From positions 1,980 through 65,979 of the IMG/VR virus record IMGVR_UViG_3300037089_000656: a DNA stretch of 64,000 nt; one strand, written 5' to 3'. The translations under genes were made by a program, and so were the position numbers. Shown in pieces: positions 51,301 to 60,600 of this stretch (position 1 is its first letter; every line of letters begins with the position of its first letter). Under the pieces are notes generated by a model that did no database searches, was not told the origin of the DNA, and saw only the letters and a list, made by a program, of their open reading frames with translations. The stretch comes from a virus. Lineage: Duplodnaviria; Caudoviricetes.

Positions 51301-52830
51301 AAGATACAACGATTAAAAATTGATGCTTCAGTGCAAACTTATTATACACCAGGACTTTATTTTGTCGGTAATAATTGTAGAGCTGATTCCTGTATATTCT
51401 GGAACGGAGCACAGGGTAATCCAGGATCTACTGCTTTTCGAGTAGCAGGAAAACACGATACTCTTTCAGGAAGTATTGTTGAAGGGACATCTGGAAATGC
51501 TGCCTCGGTTGGTTCAGCTACTACAGGTGGAGCAACCATGACTGATGCCGCTCAAAATTGGTCGGTTAATTCATTGATTGGTAAAAAGATCTACAATTAT
51601 GATTCTAATGCTACCGCTACTATCTCGTCAAATACAGCCACAACCGTTACAGGTGTTCTAAGTAGTGGGAAAAGTTGGGGTGCTGGAAACTATTACGTTA
51701 TTGGATCGACGTATTTTATAGCTATTTTTATCGCTGGTGATAGTGCCGTGATTAAAAATAATATAATAAGGAATATAAGCGATCCAGAACGATTAATGGA
51801 AATTTACGCTATAGGAACTTTATTTACTGGCAATGATGTTGGTACTTTTAGCTGGAGCGGCACAGGTGCAATTCATCCAGACCTTTTTCAAATTGTCGGT
51901 GATACAATTAGCCAGAATCATATTATTGAAAAGAACTTTTTTCATGATGGGAATATTCAAATTGGATTATTTAACTCTTATGGGGATGGTGTAAAATCAA
52001 GTGGCTGGATTTTTAGAAACAATATATTTTGCCATATAAATTCGGATGGGTTTTTTGGTGGTAGAAACACTCAAATATATAATAACACTCTGTTTAGATG
52101 TGCCATAATTAATAGCTCTCCATTCCTTTTTGTTAAGGATGCTGGATCAAATAATGGTACTGGAAGTACTGTATATAATAATATCCTAGTAAGTAATACT
52201 GTAAGTGGATCAACTGGGGTAGTAGATACAGGAGCATACCATTGTCCAGGAGTTACTTATGACTACAATTACTGCTCTTATGTTGATTATAGCACTTGCA
52301 GTTACAGAGAGCCTCATAGTATCAATGGTGGAGACCCAAAATTCGTAGATACAACAGCTCGAAATTTTGCATTACAGTCTTCAAGTCCTTTAAAAACTGG
52401 TGGATTCACCATTCCTGGATGGGTATCTCCAACTGATTATGCTGGATTATCCAGACCACAAGGATCTACATTTTCTATTGGGGCATATGAATTTTCTTCA
52501 CCTCTTTCCGATAGCGTTAAATCTGTATACCCAAGTAAACTTCGCATTGATCAGGCCCCTGTTTCGACTCGTATGGTGACGGTTAAATTACATGGAGTTG
52601 ATAAACCTACCGCGAATACAGTTATATGGTTTGGTGGAATGTCTCTTGGAAAGAATGCTTCTTATACGGACACGTCTGTGACAGACACGGTATTTCGATA
52701 CCCGACAATGGTTTCAGGGTATTATAGGGTTTTTTCTGTAGACCCATCATGGGTACATCAGGTAAGTGATACTTTGCTGAATGGGTGCCAGTTGTTGGTT
52801 CCTTCTGGTACAATTACGAATCCGAGGTAA
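48322..52830 (+). CDS. signal-peptide, multi-parallel-beta-helix protein (pectin-lyase-like fold, DIGAYE repeats, Ig-like domain)
   Basis: N-terminal MKNLWLLILFFSLNVFA; RPQGAAWDIGAYEY, ADIGASEY and FSIGAYEF; N-rich beta-helix ladders. Confidence 0.72.
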   Translation: MKNLWLLILFFSLNVFATKHYIDYSTGADGSNGTSTSTPWGHCPGDSAFTGSFTPDAVNGDTLFFKGGVTYQGHIYCNYNGISASKYFTYDGNLSGSWGTGRSILDCGNKYHQGFYDNSNSRSYIAIYNFDVRNVQHQNPSWETRGIFFHAASTGIKIVNCYVHYIGNWSTINSSWGQDSLDGCGIALTSPTNARIEHNTFDTIGVAIGLSGAIGCLIDSNDVSSCFWGIEMNGDAGPCYNDTIRRNVIHDLYMFDATGSSVAPYWQGKLAGEDPHTDFVFIRQGSGTHPARNVVEQNLFYNNLDFASTVGGTAMMFLSYSDSNTVRNNVFINPHSYYTIEFGYGSSYNNIQNNTVYAPRSLCGAIYLYPQDAGSPTEGPGNKALNNIFYVPKILELDSGNMIGAQFDYNYYYSSNESQAWHRTSANYYTFAAWKTYSSQDAHSIFSNDANNLKFISTTGYPTNCTSMNLNLQGTSPAINVGTTIASFNVDYLNTSRPQGAAWDIGAYEYQNTVTIKAGQTYTTLSGLATGYANKDMVAASIDTFKIVCDTNDLGGPADFTGWNTNSTHGVKIYPSAGRRHAGVFDATKATLYGTGWSGSHLQIPITNFTVDGLQFAFASGGNTYAIEISSAVGSKNYVTNCIFAGNVNMFGGLKIDAAVCRVWNNIFYDYTSTDGSSGGIRVASFGQSDTLYGYSNSFINCFVGINKYGSSFATFINNLLSGCTTDMTSSSGQTNLYCASSNNNSKGLDPAGTGNRFSQTFTFVAGTKSYLLAGTDAGARNFGLDLRADIHLPVTTDIVGNVRGASADIGASEYAGAVTLPGPLSYVTSPAVCTTTVAFSQSIANGGGACDSFAITPVLFGGLSFNKSTGAISGTVSGVNAKAGFLVTGYNSAGTATCYDTISSILKPARTYYVRTGGSDAHTGLVDNDGNAKLTIQAAVNAAGVGDTVVIHVGDYSAAVPTFTSVTDGVTIRAYPGDSVKTARILINHNSIKIQRLKIDASVQTYYTPGLYFVGNNCRADSCIFWNGAQGNPGSTAFRVAGKHDTLSGSIVEGTSGNAASVGSATTGGATMTDAAQNWSVNSLIGKKIYNYDSNATATISSNTATTVTGVLSSGKSWGAGNYYVIGSTYFIAIFIAGDSAVIKNNIIRNISDPERLMEIYAIGTLFTGNDVGTFSWSGTGAIHPDLFQIVGDTISQNHIIEKNFFHDGNIQIGLFNSYGDGVKSSGWIFRNNIFCHINSDGFFGGRNTQIYNNTLFRCAIINSSPFLFVKDAGSNNGTGSTVYNNILVSNTVSGSTGVVDTGAYHCPGVTYDYNYCSYVDYSTCSYREPHSINGGDPKFVDTTARNFALQSSSPLKTGGFTIPGWVSPTDYAGLSRPQGSTFSIGAYEFSSPLSDSVKSVYPSKLRIDQAPVSTRMVTVKLHGVDKPTANTVIWFGGMSLGKNASYTDTSVTDTVFRYPTMVSGYYRVFSVDPSWVHQVSDTLLNGCQLLVPSGTITNPR

Positions 52831-52832
52831 AA

Positions 52833-54383
52833 ATGACGACTATGTACGTAGGTTTGACAGATAATATTACTTGGTCTTTTGTGGATGTCTTAAGTGGTGT
52901 GAAAATTGAATTGTCTCGAGACAATGGAACTACATGGGAATTAGTAATAGCAGATACTCCAAATACGGGCTCATACTTATGGGTGGTGACTGGTCCAGTT
53001 ACCTCTTCTGGTCTGATACGTATAAGCGGGCTTATTTATACTGACCCTGATGATAATTCTCAGATTGATTTTACGGATATTGTATCCATCAGTTCAACCC
53101 CTTTTACTATTGCTTATACGACTCCAGGTGTTTTTACAAAGATTTGTGATAGACTTAGTGCTGAATCACAGTTATCAGTTCTGTATGTAGCTCAGGATGG
53201 TAGGTTGTACGCAGGTACTCAAGCTCATGGGTATTTATGGAGATTGCTTCTTGATGAATCTGGGTGGGAACAAATTTGTCCTCAACTTGGTACTGTGCTT
53301 CGAATTACTCGACTATTGGATTGGAATGGTTGGTTAGTTGGAGCAGGTGCAGGAGGAACAACTCAAGGTTCCTCTTTATTACGAGTTAATGATGCAGGAA
53401 ATGCTTGGCAAGTAGTAGCTGCAAAATATCTAACTGAAGCTACTATTCAATATCTTAATGTGTATCAAAGCAGACTATATGGTATGACAGCCTCAGGAAA
53501 ACTATTAAGGCTTAATGTAACAAATGATGCTTGGGAACTTATTTCTAGTGGTTCTTCAGCAGGTTCTATAAATGCTGAAGTTTTTCAAAACCATTATTAT
53601 TGGGGTTCATCTAGTGGTAATTTACTTAAACTAAATGATACTTTTGATGGAAGTGACGTCGTTGTGGTAGGGCCTCCTCCAGGAGCTCTTAGAGTACAAT
53701 CTCTTTGTACTTTTAAAGACCAACTTTATGTAACTACTTCTAATAATTCTAGTCTATTTAAAATGAATGCCACAAAGGATGGTTTGATTCCGATACTTCC
53801 TCAATATGGGTCTTATACAGTTATTAACATAGCTGTTTATAATAATAGACTTTACGGACTAGTGAGTTTAACGGGTCCAGGCATTCTTATAAGGTTGAAT
53901 GAGTCTGAGACTGCCTGGGAACAAGTATGTGCTCAGTATGGGAGTGAGACTACTCAACCTAGTTTTGCTGTATTTAATAATAAATTTTATTTAGGAACTT
54001 CTGCATCCGCTGTTTTGCTACAATTACCCGTACATTCTACCAATACTTTTAATCCAACTCCTCAGAGAGATAGTACCGTTGTTACTTCTGTAATAGATCC
54101 AACGGACATTTTAGCAAGAATAACGAACGATTCTTATTTTACTGCTGCAAATCAGATTAGTCGAATTGATGTGACTTACACAGCTAATGGCAACAGACAA
54201 AAAAAGGTAATTACTCATTTACCTGATTCGAGTTCTAATTTTTCAGGCCCTATTTCGTGGACATCCGATTCTACTGCGGGAACATGGCAAAAAACTAAGA
54301 TAAAAGTACAAGATACCGATGGAGCTGTTAATTTTCTTAACAGGAATATTATAGGGCCTAATGAGGATTTAACCCTTAGTTAA
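52833..54383 (+). CDS. Ig-like + beta-propeller protein with shared C-terminal module (start revised to ATG 52833)
   Basis: GAGGT SD; KIELSRDNGTTW...NTGSYLW; propeller repeats paralogous to 46982. Confidence 0.7.
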   Translation: MTTMYVGLTDNITWSFVDVLSGVKIELSRDNGTTWELVIADTPNTGSYLWVVTGPVTSSGLIRISGLIYTDPDDNSQIDFTDIVSISSTPFTIAYTTPGVFTKICDRLSAESQLSVLYVAQDGRLYAGTQAHGYLWRLLLDESGWEQICPQLGTVLRITRLLDWNGWLVGAGAGGTTQGSSLLRVNDAGNAWQVVAAKYLTEATIQYLNVYQSRLYGMTASGKLLRLNVTNDAWELISSGSSAGSINAEVFQNHYYWGSSSGNLLKLNDTFDGSDVVVVGPPPGALRVQSLCTFKDQLYVTTSNNSSLFKMNATKDGLIPILPQYGSYTVINIAVYNNRLYGLVSLTGPGILIRLNESETAWEQVCAQYGSETTQPSFAVFNNKFYLGTSASAVLLQLPVHSTNTFNPTPQRDSTVVTSVIDPTDILARITNDSYFTAANQISRIDVTYTANGNRQKKVITHLPDSSSNFSGPISWTSDSTAGTWQKTKIKVQDTDGAVNFLNRNIIGPNEDLTLS

Positions 54384-54398
54384 AGGAAATGGTGTAAC

Positions 54399-55586
54399 TT
54401 GGCTACATATTATGTAGATTTTTCAGTGATAGGGGGAAGCCATACTGGTAGTAGTGGTGATCCTTTTTCTTTAGATGAAGCTAATAACACGTCCAATGGT
54501 TTTCCTTCTGGTCAGACATTTTTATGCCGTGGATCTTTCACAGATTTTGTTCCAACTCAGGGAGTGTTTAATGTATGGGAAAATGTGTGGGATGCTTGGG
54601 ATTTAAATCTTTATGGCCCATGGAGACTGAATCTAGTAACTCAACAATTGTATATTCAAGGTCAATTCTGGGCAAATCCCTCAGGTTTTATTAAATCGGC
54701 TATACTAAATTCTCCCTTTTCAGCTTTTGAAATAGATGGTAATCTAACTTATGAAAATTGTTATTTTGTAGGGGATTTAGATATTATTGATTATATACGG
54801 TCTATTTTTAAAGGGTGCATCATCTATGGGTCTATAACATCGTCTTATCAATCAGATCCTACTGATTATATGCCGTTTTTTCTAGAGTTCATAGATTCTA
54901 TAATTCGAGGGACCATAACAACAACCTTTGATTTTCCACCTACCGTAACTCTTACAAATACTGTTTTAACTACAACTACTACTTACCCTAAGACTCATTG
55001 TCAGGAGAATTGGTCAGCCCCTGCCTTTCCTGCTTGGAATGCTTCTAAGAGTGCCTTTACTGATCCTTCTTTGTATGCGGGAATTACTTTTCCTCCTAAT
55101 CCAGGAGATGGATACCCAAGTTTTACTGGTTACCCAACAGATCTATTTGGTGATGCAAGAACAGGTGTTGGGTTTGGAGGCGGAGGTGGTGGGCCTGAAC
55201 CCTCGATAACTTCGATTAGTTATTTTTTAGTTCCGAGTGTTGCTGATTCTACTTCAGTCACTTCTTATATAAATCAACCTGTTTTGATTACCGCAATTCA
55301 GTCCGATTCCCCAGATAGTTATTTTGATTCTTCAAATAAATTGGGTAAAGTTTATGTCTATTATACTCATGAACTGGGTCGGGAAAGAAAAAAACTAGTT
55401 CATGTTGCTCCTGATTTCCAGGCCCCTGTGCAATGGTCTCCTTTTGCTAAAGACGGAACTTGGCAGAAAACCGAGGTTAAAGCTTACGATAAAAACGGTG
55501 CCGTTCATGTCTTGCTTCGAGGATCGATAGGAACCGATGAAGATCTTGACCATACTTCTGGATCCACGTCTTTAAATATTACATAG
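54399..55586 (+). CDS. virion-associated protein with shared C-terminal module
   Basis: TYYVD...GSSGDPF N-terminus; poly-Gly linker; C-terminus closely similar to that of 46982. Confidence 0.7.
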   Translation: MATYYVDFSVIGGSHTGSSGDPFSLDEANNTSNGFPSGQTFLCRGSFTDFVPTQGVFNVWENVWDAWDLNLYGPWRLNLVTQQLYIQGQFWANPSGFIKSAILNSPFSAFEIDGNLTYENCYFVGDLDIIDYIRSIFKGCIIYGSITSSYQSDPTDYMPFFLEFIDSIIRGTITTTFDFPPTVTLTNTVLTTTTTYPKTHCQENWSAPAFPAWNASKSAFTDPSLYAGITFPPNPGDGYPSFTGYPTDLFGDARTGVGFGGGGGGPEPSITSISYFLVPSVADSTSVTSYINQPVLITAIQSDSPDSYFDSSNKLGKVYVYYTHELGRERKKLVHVAPDFQAPVQWSPFAKDGTWQKTEVKAYDKNGAVHVLLRGSIGTDEDLDHTSGSTSLNIT

Positions 55587-55625
55587 CCTAATTTGTAGTT
55601 CTTCCGTCTATGTAAATTCCCTTTG

Positions 55626-55639
55626 AATAATCTTTTAAT
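55626..55639 (+). promoter_or_regulatory. putative late promoter motif
   Basis: AATAATCTTTTAAT upstream of the collagen-fibre operon. Confidence 0.6.
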
Positions 55640-55662
55640 AAGCACTTACATATAATCAATTT

Positions 55663-55796
55663 GACCATCCTCAGCGGGACATATCCGGAATTTTGTTGAT
55701 TCTGGCAAAAAACTGAGAATAACGGTCGTCATTATTATTTGATCCTAGGGGATATATCCAGGAATATTACCCGTATTTCTGGCAAAAACTGGGAGG
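55663..55796 (+). ncRNA. candidate tandem structured cis-regulatory leader RNA
   Basis: Two imperfect direct repeats fold the same way with compensatory changes; the second overlaps SD GGGAGG. Confidence 0.5.
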
Positions 55797-55801
55797 CTTA
55801 C

Positions 55802-57604
55802 GTGGCTAAGACTAAGGCAAAATGGATCCAGCGTGATCCAACACAACCGGACGCAATTTATTCTAAGAATCTTTATTACGATTCAACCGAAACAATCTAT
55901 GATGCAATAAATAGAGTTGCCTTAGGTGTCTTAGGGCCTACCGGTTCTACGGGTCCTACGGGACCAACGGGAGTGACGGGAGTTCAAGGAATAGGGTTTA
56001 CTGGAGTTCAGGGAACTACCGGACTTCAGGGCCCAACAGGAATCCAAGGTTTTACTGGAGTACAGGGCCCAACAGGAGTTCAAGGTAGCTTAGGATCTAC
56101 TGGAGTCCAAGGACAAACGGGAGTTCAAGGTCGAACAGGTCTTCAGGGATTAACTGGAGTTCAAGGTTTTCAGGGATCGACTGGAGTTCAAGGCCAAACT
56201 GGAGTTCAAGGCCTTCAGGGATTAACAGGCGTTGGAGCTATAGGGTCAACAGGTGTCGGAGACACGGGATCTACTGGTGTTCAAGGTTTTACTGGTGTCA
56301 GTATTCAGGGAGATACTGGAGTTCAGGGACAGACAGGACTTCAGGGTTTCACCGGTGCTGGAATTCAAGGAGACACTGGTGTCCAAGGAATAACTGGTCC
56401 TTCTGGAGGAGTCCAGGGAGGTACAGGTCTACAAGGACCAACAGGAGTTCAGGGTCAAACTGGCCTTGAAGGTCAAACTGGTCTACAAGGTCAAACGGGA
56501 ACTCAAGGATACACAGGAGTTGGTCTCCAAGGAAATACAGGAGTACAAGGAAATACTGGTCTTCAAGGAATAACTGGCCCTTCCGCTGGACCTCAAGGTT
56601 CTACAGGAACACAAGGTCAAACAGGTGTAGGAGCTCAAGGAACCACAGGAGTTCAAGGATTAATAGGAGTTCAAGGTAATACTGGAGTTCAGGGGAACAC
56701 AGGTCTTCAGGGACCAACAGGTGTACAAGGAATTCAGGGTAATACTGGCGTTCAAGGCCAAACAGGGTTACAGGGGCCGACTGGAGTAAAAGGAACCACT
56801 GGAGTCCAAGGAGTAACAGGGGTTCAGGGAAATACTGGCGTCCAAGGTAATACTGGTGTTCAAGGAAGTACAGGTCTTCAAGGGCCAACGGGAGTTCAAG
56901 GTTTAACTGGGGTTCAGGGAAATACTGGGGTTCAAGGAAATACAGGCTTAAGTGGTTTAAATGCTGGTGTTCAAGTTGAGTTTAATCCAGTTAGCCGTTA
57001 TAGTGTAGTCACATCTCCAGGTTCTGAAGTAAAACTTGTCTCGAGCTCCACAGTTTATTCTGGAGTTACCTGGTTCAGGTCTGGAACAAATCTTACCTTA
57101 TATCGTGCTGCTCATGGTCATACTACTGGAAATAATGTTATAGTTCGAAATACAAATATGGATTATCAAGTTGCTCCGATAAATTTTACGGACACAACTT
57201 CTTTTTCTATATTTACTTCAAATATTGACGGCACTGGTGGAAGTAGTGCTGCTTATAGTATAGGTTTTACTTATTCACATGTGGGTAATCCAGCGACGGG
57301 TGGAGTCCTTTCAGCTCCTACTGGAGATCACTCAGATGTGCAACTTCTCTCCTTACACATAAGAACTGGAACAAGACCTGGAACAACTTATGATCTTGTT
57401 GTTCCTACGAGCATAGTTAATGGTGCTGGAGATGACACAGATCTATCTAGTATCTATATCCCAGATTTTAATGTTCGATCAGACTCAGATAACTTAACTG
57501 CAGTTGGAGCAACTATGGTTACAAACATAAGTGGCTCTTACTCTACTTTTGAGTTTGGTAATTTAGGTACTGGCTTTTCAAGATTTATTGTGCTGCATTT
57601 CTAA
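55802..57604 (+). CDS. collagen-like fibre protein (start revised to GTG 55802)
   Basis: GGGAGG SD before GTG; Gly-X-Y at ~55935-56955; beta-rich C-terminal domain. Confidence 0.75.
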   Translation: MAKTKAKWIQRDPTQPDAIYSKNLYYDSTETIYDAINRVALGVLGPTGSTGPTGPTGVTGVQGIGFTGVQGTTGLQGPTGIQGFTGVQGPTGVQGSLGSTGVQGQTGVQGRTGLQGLTGVQGFQGSTGVQGQTGVQGLQGLTGVGAIGSTGVGDTGSTGVQGFTGVSIQGDTGVQGQTGLQGFTGAGIQGDTGVQGITGPSGGVQGGTGLQGPTGVQGQTGLEGQTGLQGQTGTQGYTGVGLQGNTGVQGNTGLQGITGPSAGPQGSTGTQGQTGVGAQGTTGVQGLIGVQGNTGVQGNTGLQGPTGVQGIQGNTGVQGQTGLQGPTGVKGTTGVQGVTGVQGNTGVQGNTGVQGSTGLQGPTGVQGLTGVQGNTGVQGNTGLSGLNAGVQVEFNPVSRYSVVTSPGSEVKLVSSSTVYSGVTWFRSGTNLTLYRAAHGHTTGNNVIVRNTNMDYQVAPINFTDTTSFSIFTSNIDGTGGSSAAYSIGFTYSHVGNPATGGVLSAPTGDHSDVQLLSLHIRTGTRPGTTYDLVVPTSIVNGAGDDTDLSSIYIPDFNVRSDSDNLTAVGATMVTNISGSYSTFEFGNLGTGFSRFIVLHF

Positions 57605-57612
57605 GGAAACCC

Positions 57613-60600
57613 ATGGCAAGAATTATAAATGGAACACTTTTTGTTAGCTCGTTTACTCCCACTGGGAATCCAGGGGAGTATACTTTTACTAATGCTGTGT
57701 TCGATAATCAGGCCGATGCTACAGGTAATGGCTCATTAGATATACAAATCGGTTTTATCGTCGTTGTTGCTTCTGTTGATCCTAATACTTTTAATCCTGT
57801 TCCAGGAGTTGCTCATAGATATAAGATAACTTCTATCGTTCCTGGATCGAATACGGACGGGGTCCATATTTCGGCAACAATGCTTTGGGATGAAGATGTT
57901 CCTGAAGACGATTTCCCGATGAATGGCTCTTATGCGTTATTAACTGAAGATACAATTAATAGAAAATACAGTTTACCTCCCTCAGATTTGGTTTATGCAA
58001 ATCTTCCAGGTGGTATTGTCGAAGCTGCTTATAATGCAGATATTCGCCATATAACAGATAAAATAGGAGTTACAGGTGTTCAAGGAATTACAGGGCCCCA
58101 AGGTCGAACGGGTCTTCAAGGAGTCACCGGAGTTGCAGGGGGTGGCACAGGTGTTCAGGGAGTTACCGGAGTCGCGGGTGGTGGCACAGGTGTTCAAGGA
58201 GTTACAGGGCCCCAGGGTAGAACTGGAGTTCAAGGAATCCAAGGAGTTACCGGAGTACAAGGTTCTACCGGAATACAGGGCCAGACGGGTATTCAAGGAG
58301 TCACAGGTATACAGGGTCAAACTGGCGTAAATATAGCAACTTTTACGATACAGTCTGGTGCTGATACCTGGCTGCATGAGGATTCTTCTAGTACAAATTA
58401 CGGTTCAGATCCCCTTATGTGGTATGGGTCTGAATTAACGGATGCAAAAAGATCTTTAATAAAATGGAATCTAAATACAATTGCCCCATACTCGGCTATT
58501 GTTGATGCCTCAATAATATTTTATCAAGGGACTTCTCAGAGTGCTGATGTTGATAGTCTTTTTAGAGTTACAAAAACATGGGTTGAAACAACAGCAACTT
58601 GGGTTAGATCCGATTCTTCTAATTTATGGTTTACTCCTGGTGGTGATTTTGACACTACCATGCTGGCCTCTTTTGTTGGCAGTGTAGGCCAAAAGATAGT
58701 TCCTTTAAATCTTGACGGCATAACGGTATTACAAAACATTATTAATGGGACTTATCCAAATAACGGCTTTATAATAGATGCTACTGGCAGTAATAATTCT
58801 GATTATTCGTTGTATACTTTCCAAAATTCAGATACCACAAATCGACCTCGTTTAAGCATTCGTTATTTCCCAGCTGGAGCTCCTGGAACTACAGGAGTTC
58901 AAGGTCAGACAGGTCTTCAGGGGTATACGGGTGCAGGTATTCAGGGCCCAACTGGAGTTCAGGGAACAACTGGACCATTAGGTGGCCCTCCAGGATCTAC
59001 TGGTGTACAAGGAATAACAGGAACATCTGGTGGCCCAACTGGAGTTCAGGGAGAAACAGGACTTCAGGGTCTTACTGGACCCTTTGGTGGGCCTCAAGGA
59101 GACACAGGTTTACAAGGTCCAACAGGAATAATCGGAATACAGGGAGTAACAGGAGCTGATGGTGAAGAAGGTCCTCAAGGAATACAAGGATTAACTGGTG
59201 TACTTGGATTAACTGGAGATCAGGGTACTACAGGAGTTCAAGGTTCGATAGGACCACAGGGTCCTACGGGAGACACAGGTCAGACAGGTATACAAGGAAC
59301 TACTGGAGTTGAAGGTGTAACCGGACTTCAAGGACCGACAGGTGTACAGGGAAATACTGGAGTTCAAGGAAATACTGGATTACAGGGTCCAACAGGAGTT
59401 CAAGGAAGAACTGGAGTTCAAGGATTAACTGGAGTCCAAGGAAATACCGGATTACAAGGTCCCACGGGTTTGATGGGTCCAACAGGAGTTCAGGGGCTTA
59501 CTGGTGTTCAAGGACGTACAGGAGTCCAAGGTCAAACTGGATTACAGGGACCAACAGGAGTCCAAGGTCAGACGGGTCTTCAAGGTTATACTGGAGTTCG
59601 TGGAGTTGTTGGCTATAACATAGGAGCCGCTTATTATCCGCATGATTCTACTGATGTAGATTCGACTGCTTTTTACCAACTACGTAGAACACCTAGTCCC
59701 GATCCTGAGGATATTGAATCTGTTAGTATTACAGCTGGTTCTGGTCAAACACTTTTTAATAGCCAAGCCTATATTAGTCTTTCTAATGACCCTGGAACAG
59801 TCATATGGTCTGGAGGAAATTGGAATTTTTATACCTATGCTTCAGTTGATGATAATTCAGAATATAATGAGGTTTTAATTAAGGTTTTTCGAAGAACTTT
59901 TGATGGAACAAGTAATCTTCTTTTTACTGTAACTACGGGAAATATAACCAGCCTTAATCAGCCCGATCTTTATGTTACCTATATATCAGAACCTGATTTT
60001 TCGGGTGCCGTTGATGATAGACTTGTAGTTAATTATTACGCTTCGACTCAGTCTCTTTCCCCTGTTACTATATCAATGTTTATTGATGGTACAGATCATG
60101 CTTCTCATTTAATGTCTCCTCTTTCTGTTGCCAGCTTACAAGGGTCAACGGGATTGCAAGGCCCTACAGGGGTTCAAGGAATACAAGGTAATGTAGGTCC
60201 AGCTGGAAGTCAGGGAAATACAGGTCTTCAAGGTGGAACGGGTCTTCAAGGTCCAACTGGCGTTCAAGGAGTTCAGGGAAATACTGGAGTTCAAGGAAAC
60301 ACAGGGCTGCAGGGATCAACAGGAGTTATTGGAGTTCAAGGATTAACGGGTGTGCAGGGTAACACTGGAGTACAAGGTCAGACAGGCCTTAGAGGAATTA
60401 CCGGGGTACAAGGTGTTCAAGGAAATACTGGAGTCCAAGGTAATACTGGTGTTCAAGGTAACACAGGTCTTCAGGGACCAACTGGCGTTCAAGGAATTCA
60501 AGGTAATACCGGAGTTGAAGGACATACAGGATTACAGGGAATCACGGGAGTCCAAGGTCAGACTGGAATTCAAGGGGTCACTGGTGTCCAAGGAAATACA

